DNA from: an uncultured Planctomycetales bacterium
GTDB lineage: Bacteria > Omnitrophota > Gorgyraeia > Gygaellales > Profunditerraquicolaceae
Length of the DNA stretch: 64,000 nt
Direction: 5' to 3'
Assembly: GCA_964542785.1 (NCBI GenBank)
Contig: CAZIUK010000001.1
Coordinates: 69,115-133,114, forward strand
The first letter of the stretch is position 1, and each line of letters starts with the position of its first letter. Under the pieces are notes generated by a model. That model was given only the letters and a program-made list of their open reading frames with translations, searched no databases and was not told the origin of the DNA. Shown here in pieces: positions 60,140 to 64,000 of this stretch. The position numbers were made by a program, and so were the translations under genes.

Positions 60140-61609
60140 ATGGAAAGTATAAAATTTGATTTTAATAATATGTTTAATTTTAACATTGGCGATTCTCATG
60201 GGATAAGGGCTTTGGATATTTTAAGATGGTCTAAGAGAATTGAGCATAGTCATGAACATTTATGGGATTTAATAGGGAATAAATCTAGTAGGGTTAAACT
60301 TGGTTTAGAGTGGGCGAATCTGCCTTTCCAGGAAGATAAGAGGATAAAAGAAATACAAAGGATAGCAAATGATATTGCTGCTAAATATGATAATGTCATT
60401 TTTTTGGGGATAGGAGGTTCTTACCTTGGGCTTAAGGCAGCGCAGGATGCCTTAGCGTCTGCGTATTATAATGATTTTTCTTTACTAAGGGGGAAAAATC
60501 CGCGTATTTATTTTGAAGGTAATAACTTAGATCCGGATACCATAATGGTCTTGCTTAAAAATTTAAATCCCCGAAAGACCTTTATAGTGGTTATCTCTAA
60601 GTCAGGGGAGACCACTGAAACTAAGGCAGCTTTTCTTTGTGCAGAGGATTGGTTAAGAAAAGGAGTTGGCAAGAACTACGGAAGGCAGATATTTGCGATT
60701 ACTGATCCGGATTTTGGTTCTTTGCGCAAGAGAGTTAAAGAAGAAAATCAAAAAGATAGAATGAGTTTCCGCAGCCTCCCTTTGTTTAAAGGAGTAGGCG
60801 GAAGATACTCTGAGTTTAATATGGGGCTTTTACATCTTGCGCTTATAGGTGTTCGTATTACTGAAGTTTTAAACGGCGCTAAGGATATGTTGATTAGATG
60901 CAAGGAGCGTAATTTTTTTAATAATCCTGCATATATGTATGCATTGTTGCATTACTTGCTCTATCAAAAGAAGAACAAAACTTTAGCTGTTATCATGCCT
61001 TTTTCTGAAACATTAAAATCTACGGCTGAATGGTATGTCCAGCTTTTAGCAGAGAGTTTAGGCAAAAAGTACCTTAGGAGAGTGAAATTAAATGGCGATA
61101 TTGAAGAGTGGGTGAGGGATAAAAAGAAGATAGTTAATATAGGCAGGACCCCCATACCTTGCCGCGGCACAGGGGATTTACATTCAGTACAGCAGAATAA
61201 TGTAGAAGGTCGGCATGATAAGGTAGTGACTTTTATAAAAGTAAAGCGTTTTAAAAATGAGTTAAAAGTTCCTGCATCTGATGTGCTCTTGTCAGGTAAA
61301 GGATACGCTGAATTGATAAATTTAGCTCAAGAAGCTACTGAGTGGGCTTTAGCTAAAGAGGGGCGGCCGAGTTGTGTGATAACCTTGCCTAAAATAACTC
61401 CGTATTATTGGGGAGCGTTATTATTATTTTTTCAGATTGCTACTGCCTTCGAAGGCGAATTGTTGAATGTAAATGCTTTTGACCAGCCTGGAGTTGAAGG
61501 GTATAAAAATTATATGTATTATAAATTGGGCAAATCGGGGATATCTAAGGATATAGTAGAGGATATAAAGAGTAATCCGCTTAAGAAAGAAAAAAAATAT
61601 ATACTATAA
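60140..61609 (+). CDS. pgi: glucose-6-phosphate isomerase (short bacterial/archaeal-type PGI)
   Basis: FLGIGGSYLGLKAA and VISKSGETTET motifs. The track start at 60137 is TTG, so the adjacent ATG at 60140 is preferred. About 489 aa. Confidence 0.88.
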   Translation: MESIKFDFNNMFNFNIGDSHGIRALDILRWSKRIEHSHEHLWDLIGNKSSRVKLGLEWANLPFQEDKRIKEIQRIANDIAAKYDNVIFLGIGGSYLGLKAAQDALASAYYNDFSLLRGKNPRIYFEGNNLDPDTIMVLLKNLNPRKTFIVVISKSGETTETKAAFLCAEDWLRKGVGKNYGRQIFAITDPDFGSLRKRVKEENQKDRMSFRSLPLFKGVGGRYSEFNMGLLHLALIGVRITEVLNGAKDMLIRCKERNFFNNPAYMYALLHYLLYQKKNKTLAVIMPFSETLKSTAEWYVQLLAESLGKKYLRRVKLNGDIEEWVRDKKKIVNIGRTPIPCRGTGDLHSVQQNNVEGRHDKVVTFIKVKRFKNELKVPASDVLLSGKGYAELINLAQEATEWALAKEGRPSCVITLPKITPYYWGALLLFFQIATAFEGELLNVNAFDQPGVEGYKNYMYYKLGKSGISKDIVEDIKSNPLKKEKKYIL

Positions 61610-61628
61610 AGGATAATTTTATTTTTAT

Positions 61629-61666
61629 AGGGGCGCCTTAAAGGTTAGAGCGCCCCTTACTTTTTA
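61629..61666 (+). terminator. rho-independent terminator after pgi
   Basis: 8-bp GC-rich stem AGGGGCGC / GCGCCCCT (61629-61636 and 61650-61657), followed by TTACTTTTT. Confidence 0.7.
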
Positions 61667-61669
61667 AAT

Positions 61670-62626
61670 ATGCTTAGCATAGGCACCTTTAATTTAAAAT
61701 CCAGCCTTATATTAGCTCCTATGGCAGGGATTAGCGATCTTCCTTTTAGGATGCTTAACCGCAGGTTTGGGGTAGAGTTAGGTTTTGTGGAGATGATTAA
61801 CTGTCGCTCCATCTCCTATAAAAGCAAGAGGACCGCTTTTATGCTTACTTCTGTAAAAGAAGATACTCCTTTAGGGGTACAGATATTAGGGTGTGAAGAA
61901 AAGTTTATTTTACAAGCAATAGACGTTTTAAAAAAGTATAAGTTTGATATTCTTGATTTTAACTCTGCCTGTCCGGCGAAGAAGGTTGTGCGTAGAGGAG
62001 AAGGCGTGGCTCTTATGAGGGAACCCAAAAAACTTATTAAGTTATTGAAAGTAGTAGTAAAAAGTTCACCTTGGCCTGTTACGCTTAAGATCCGCTCGGG
62101 TTGGGATAAGGATACAATTAATGCTAAAGAGGTATCTATAGCTGCGGAAGATGTCGGGGTAAGCGCAGTCTTTATTCACGGAAGGACTAAGGCCCAAGGG
62201 TATAGCGGTAGAGTTGATTATAAAATAATAAAAAAAGTAAAGAGGGCTTTGTCTATCCCGGTTATTGCCAGCGGAGATATCTTATCTGCAGAGCTTGCCG
62301 ATAAGATGTTTCAAGAGACAGGTTGTGATGGTTTAATTGTAGCCCGAGGGGCCTTAGGGAATCCTTGGATATTTAATGAGATTAAAGAATATATAAAAAC
62401 AGGTAAAGTTTTGCCTAAACCTAATATAGATTCAGTGATAAAAGTTATGACTGAGCATTTAGATGCTTCGGTAGATTTTTACGGGGAGAGAAACGGGGTT
62501 ATTCTTTTCCGTAAGTTTTTTAGTTGTTACACAAAAGGTTTTCGGAAGGTTAGGTATTTAAGGGAGTTGGTTTCACGGTTAAAATCAAGGCAAGAGTTGC
62601 TTAAAATATTTAAAAAAGTTATGTAG
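61670..62626 (+). CDS. dusB: tRNA-dihydrouridine synthase
   Basis: LILAPMAGISDLPFR N-terminus and FMN TIM-barrel motifs. 318 aa. Confidence 0.9.
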   Translation: MLSIGTFNLKSSLILAPMAGISDLPFRMLNRRFGVELGFVEMINCRSISYKSKRTAFMLTSVKEDTPLGVQILGCEEKFILQAIDVLKKYKFDILDFNSACPAKKVVRRGEGVALMREPKKLIKLLKVVVKSSPWPVTLKIRSGWDKDTINAKEVSIAAEDVGVSAVFIHGRTKAQGYSGRVDYKIIKKVKRALSIPVIASGDILSAELADKMFQETGCDGLIVARGALGNPWIFNEIKEYIKTGKVLPKPNIDSVIKVMTEHLDASVDFYGERNGVILFRKFFSCYTKGFRKVRYLRELVSRLKSRQELLKIFKKVM

Positions 62627-62652
62627 GTAAAGGATTAACAGATAATTTTAAC

Positions 62653-62684
62653 AAAAAACCCCGAATCTTTTCGGGGTTTTTTGT
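62653..62684 (+). terminator. rho-independent terminator after dusB (potentially bidirectional)
   Basis: AAAAACCCCGAA-tctt-TTCGGGGTTTTTT: a perfect hairpin flanked by an A-run and a T-run. Confidence 0.85.
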
Positions 62685-62859
62685 AGGTGATAGGCCTTTT
62701 GGCTTTCGCTATCTACTTTCAGCCTCCTTGTTGTAGGTTTTGCTTTTCACCTGCAATGAAGTATGCCATATTTATCTTTAAAAATCAAGCCCACCTTAAA
62801 TTATAATTTTTTTGCTATCCCTAGGCTAATTAGGGTATTTTAGCTTTAGGTTATTTCTC

Positions 62860-62889
62860 TTGCAGGTATATTAATCAGGATAGTATAAT
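62860..62889 (+). promoter_or_regulatory. sigma70-like promoter candidate for recG, possibly giving a near-leaderless transcript
   Basis: TTGCAG (62860-62865), 18 nt, TATAAT (62884-62889). The recG ATG at 62897 lies 7 nt after the -10 hexamer, with no Shine-Dalgarno sequence. Confidence 0.4.
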
Positions 62890-62896
62890 AACTTTG

Positions 62897-64000
62897 ATGA
62901 GTAACCCGCAAAATACCTCCATACAATATTTAAAAGGCATTGGCCCGAAGAGGGCTAAAAGTTTTTCCTCTTTAGGCATCAATACTATCTATGATTTATT
63001 TTATTATTTTCCTAAACGTTATGAAGATAGGTCAAATCTTGTTAAAATCTCTGACTTAAAAAAAGGAGAGCTATCTACGATTCAGGCAAAGGTCTTATCT
63101 TTAAAAGGCCGTAGCTCTTGGCGCAGGAGAGGTTTTAATATAACCGAGGCAGAGGTAATGGATAATACCGGTAAGGTCTCTTGTGTATGGTTTAATCAAC
63201 CCTACATTAAAGGATATCTTAAGCCGGGAAAGGATATGGTCTTCTACGGCAAGGTAGAGCTTTATGCCGGGAGGTTACAGTTAAGTAATCCTGAATTTGA
63301 GTTTGTAGGCGAGGATAGCAAAGATAGTTTAAGTCTTGGTAGGATTGTTCCTGTTTATGCTTTGCCTGAAGGGATAGGGCAGAGGAGTTTCCGTAAATTA
63401 GTTAAATTCGCCCTAGATGAATACCTGCCTAAGATAAGCGATTCTATCCCTTATGATATAAGGTTGCGCAATGATTTAGAGAATTTGCCTAAGAGCCTTC
63501 TAAATATACATTTTCCTGAAAGCTTTGCGTTGCAAGAGAAGTCTTACCGGCGTTTAGCCTTTGAGGAGTTCTTTTTATTTCAGGTTCCTTTGGCTTTGCG
63601 TAAATTAAAAAGAGAAGAAAAATCCGGTATTTTGCATAAAGTAGATGAGCTTTTGCTGCGTTCTTTCATTGCAGCATTGCCCTTTAGGTTTACCCGGGCG
63701 CAAGAAAAAGTGCTTGAAGAGATAAAGATGGATATGTTCTCTTCAAAACCTATGCAGCGGCTACTTCAGGGGGATGTAGGCTCCGGTAAGACCATTGTTG
63801 CAGCTACCGCAGCTTTTATAGCCATAACCGGAGGTTATCAGGTAGCATTTATGGCTCCGACAGAGATTCTCGCACGGCAGCATTACGAAAGCATACGTAC
63901 TTATTTAAAGAAAGAGAGAGTATTTCTTTTAACCGGAAGTTTAACTCAAAAAGAGAGGGGCGATATTTTAAAGAAGTTAGCCGAAGGCGAAATAGATTTA
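62897..64000 (+). CDS. recG: ATP-dependent DNA helicase RecG, 5' part; continues beyond the window end
   Basis: HhH N-terminus YLKGIGPKRAKSF. Wedge/OB region. Walker A start GDVGSGKTIVAATAAFIA near the window end. Frame open to nt 64000. Confidence 0.85.
   Translation, partial: MSNPQNTSIQYLKGIGPKRAKSFSSLGINTIYDLFYYFPKRYEDRSNLVKISDLKKGELSTIQAKVLSLKGRSSWRRRGFNITEAEVMDNTGKVSCVWFNQPYIKGYLKPGKDMVFYGKVELYAGRLQLSNPEFEFVGEDSKDSLSLGRIVPVYALPEGIGQRSFRKLVKFALDEYLPKISDSIPYDIRLRNDLENLPKSLLNIHFPESFALQEKSYRRLAFEEFFLFQVPLALRKLKREEKSGILHKVDELLLRSFIAALPFRFTRAQEKVLEEIKMDMFSSKPMQRLLQGDVGSGKTIVAATAAFIAITGGYQVAFMAPTEILARQHYESIRTYLKKERVFLLTGSLTQKERGDILKKLAEGEIDL

Noticed and set aside
62685-62860. Candidate small RNA (SRP, 6S or tmRNA) in the recG upstream gap
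   Set aside because: I saw no conserved SRP domain IV motif (GGAAGCAGC-like), no tRNA-like T-loop and no 6S-like bubble symmetry. It is kept only as a low-interest finding for a proper covariance scan.

Overview
The window is a densely packed, low-GC (about 38-40%) stretch of bacterial core genome. About 66 genes sit on the + strand with very short or overlapping junctions. I found no tRNA or rRNA genes, no CRISPR array and no mobile element. All minus-strand ORFs in the track are short and lie inside well-supported + strand genes.

Recognisable blocks, in order along the window:
- Kdo synthesis and LPS export (hldA/rfaE-like, kdsB, kdsA, kdsD, kdsC, an LptC/LptA-like protein, lptB), which marks a diderm, LPS-containing organism.
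- tig and clpP, a serC-like aminotransferase, serA, a short HMGL/IPMS-family synthase and purA.
- An OmpA-like lipoprotein, a small membrane coiled-coil protein, then DUF4912 and a GH57 branching enzyme.
- The conserved uppS-cdsA-dxr-rseP-ispG block, followed by an orphan CpaF/TadA ATPase.
- proS, rimP, nusA, infB, trpS, scpA and ruvB.
- queH, a GHL10-like protein, queA and tgt.
- trmD, rplS, rnhB and yraN.
- A C1/tetrahydrofolate block (FTCD-like cyclodeaminase/cyclohydrolase, folD, metF, a small FAD-oxidoreductase-like protein and a 717-aa acetyl-CoA synthase (AcsB/CdhC) homologue).
- A TPR protein, polA, glgA, coaE, rho, rpmE, prfA, prmC and murA.
- trpDCFBA, an M16 peptidase, a CNNM/CorC-like protein, nnrE, a YkgJ-type Cys-cluster protein and a 107-aa hypothetical.
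- pgi, dusB and the 5' part of recG.

The most interesting object is the AcsB homologue at 39646..41799. It keeps the exact C-x2-C-x8-C-x9-C spacing of the A-cluster [4Fe-4S] ligands. Exactly where canonical ACS has the Ni-binding Cys-Gly-Cys motif, this protein has Ser-Gly-Leu. It is translationally coupled to metF, folD, a methenyl-THF cyclohydrolase-like gene and a pyridine-nucleotide-disulfide-oxidoreductase-like protein. Both dinucleotide-binding glycine motifs in that oxidoreductase look degenerate. The block is followed by a perfect 18-bp-stem palindrome that overlaps a sigma70-like promoter.

Lesser oddities:
- A trigger factor with no PPIase domain.
- A ProRS that lacks the INS editing domain and carries a Cys4 mini-insertion.
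- An LptC-LptA-like single protein.
- A 27-bp in-frame tandem duplication at the cdsA 5' end.
- A very lysine-rich N-terminal tail on the DUF4912 protein.

Family assignments rest on motifs I could read directly in the translations. No database search was run.
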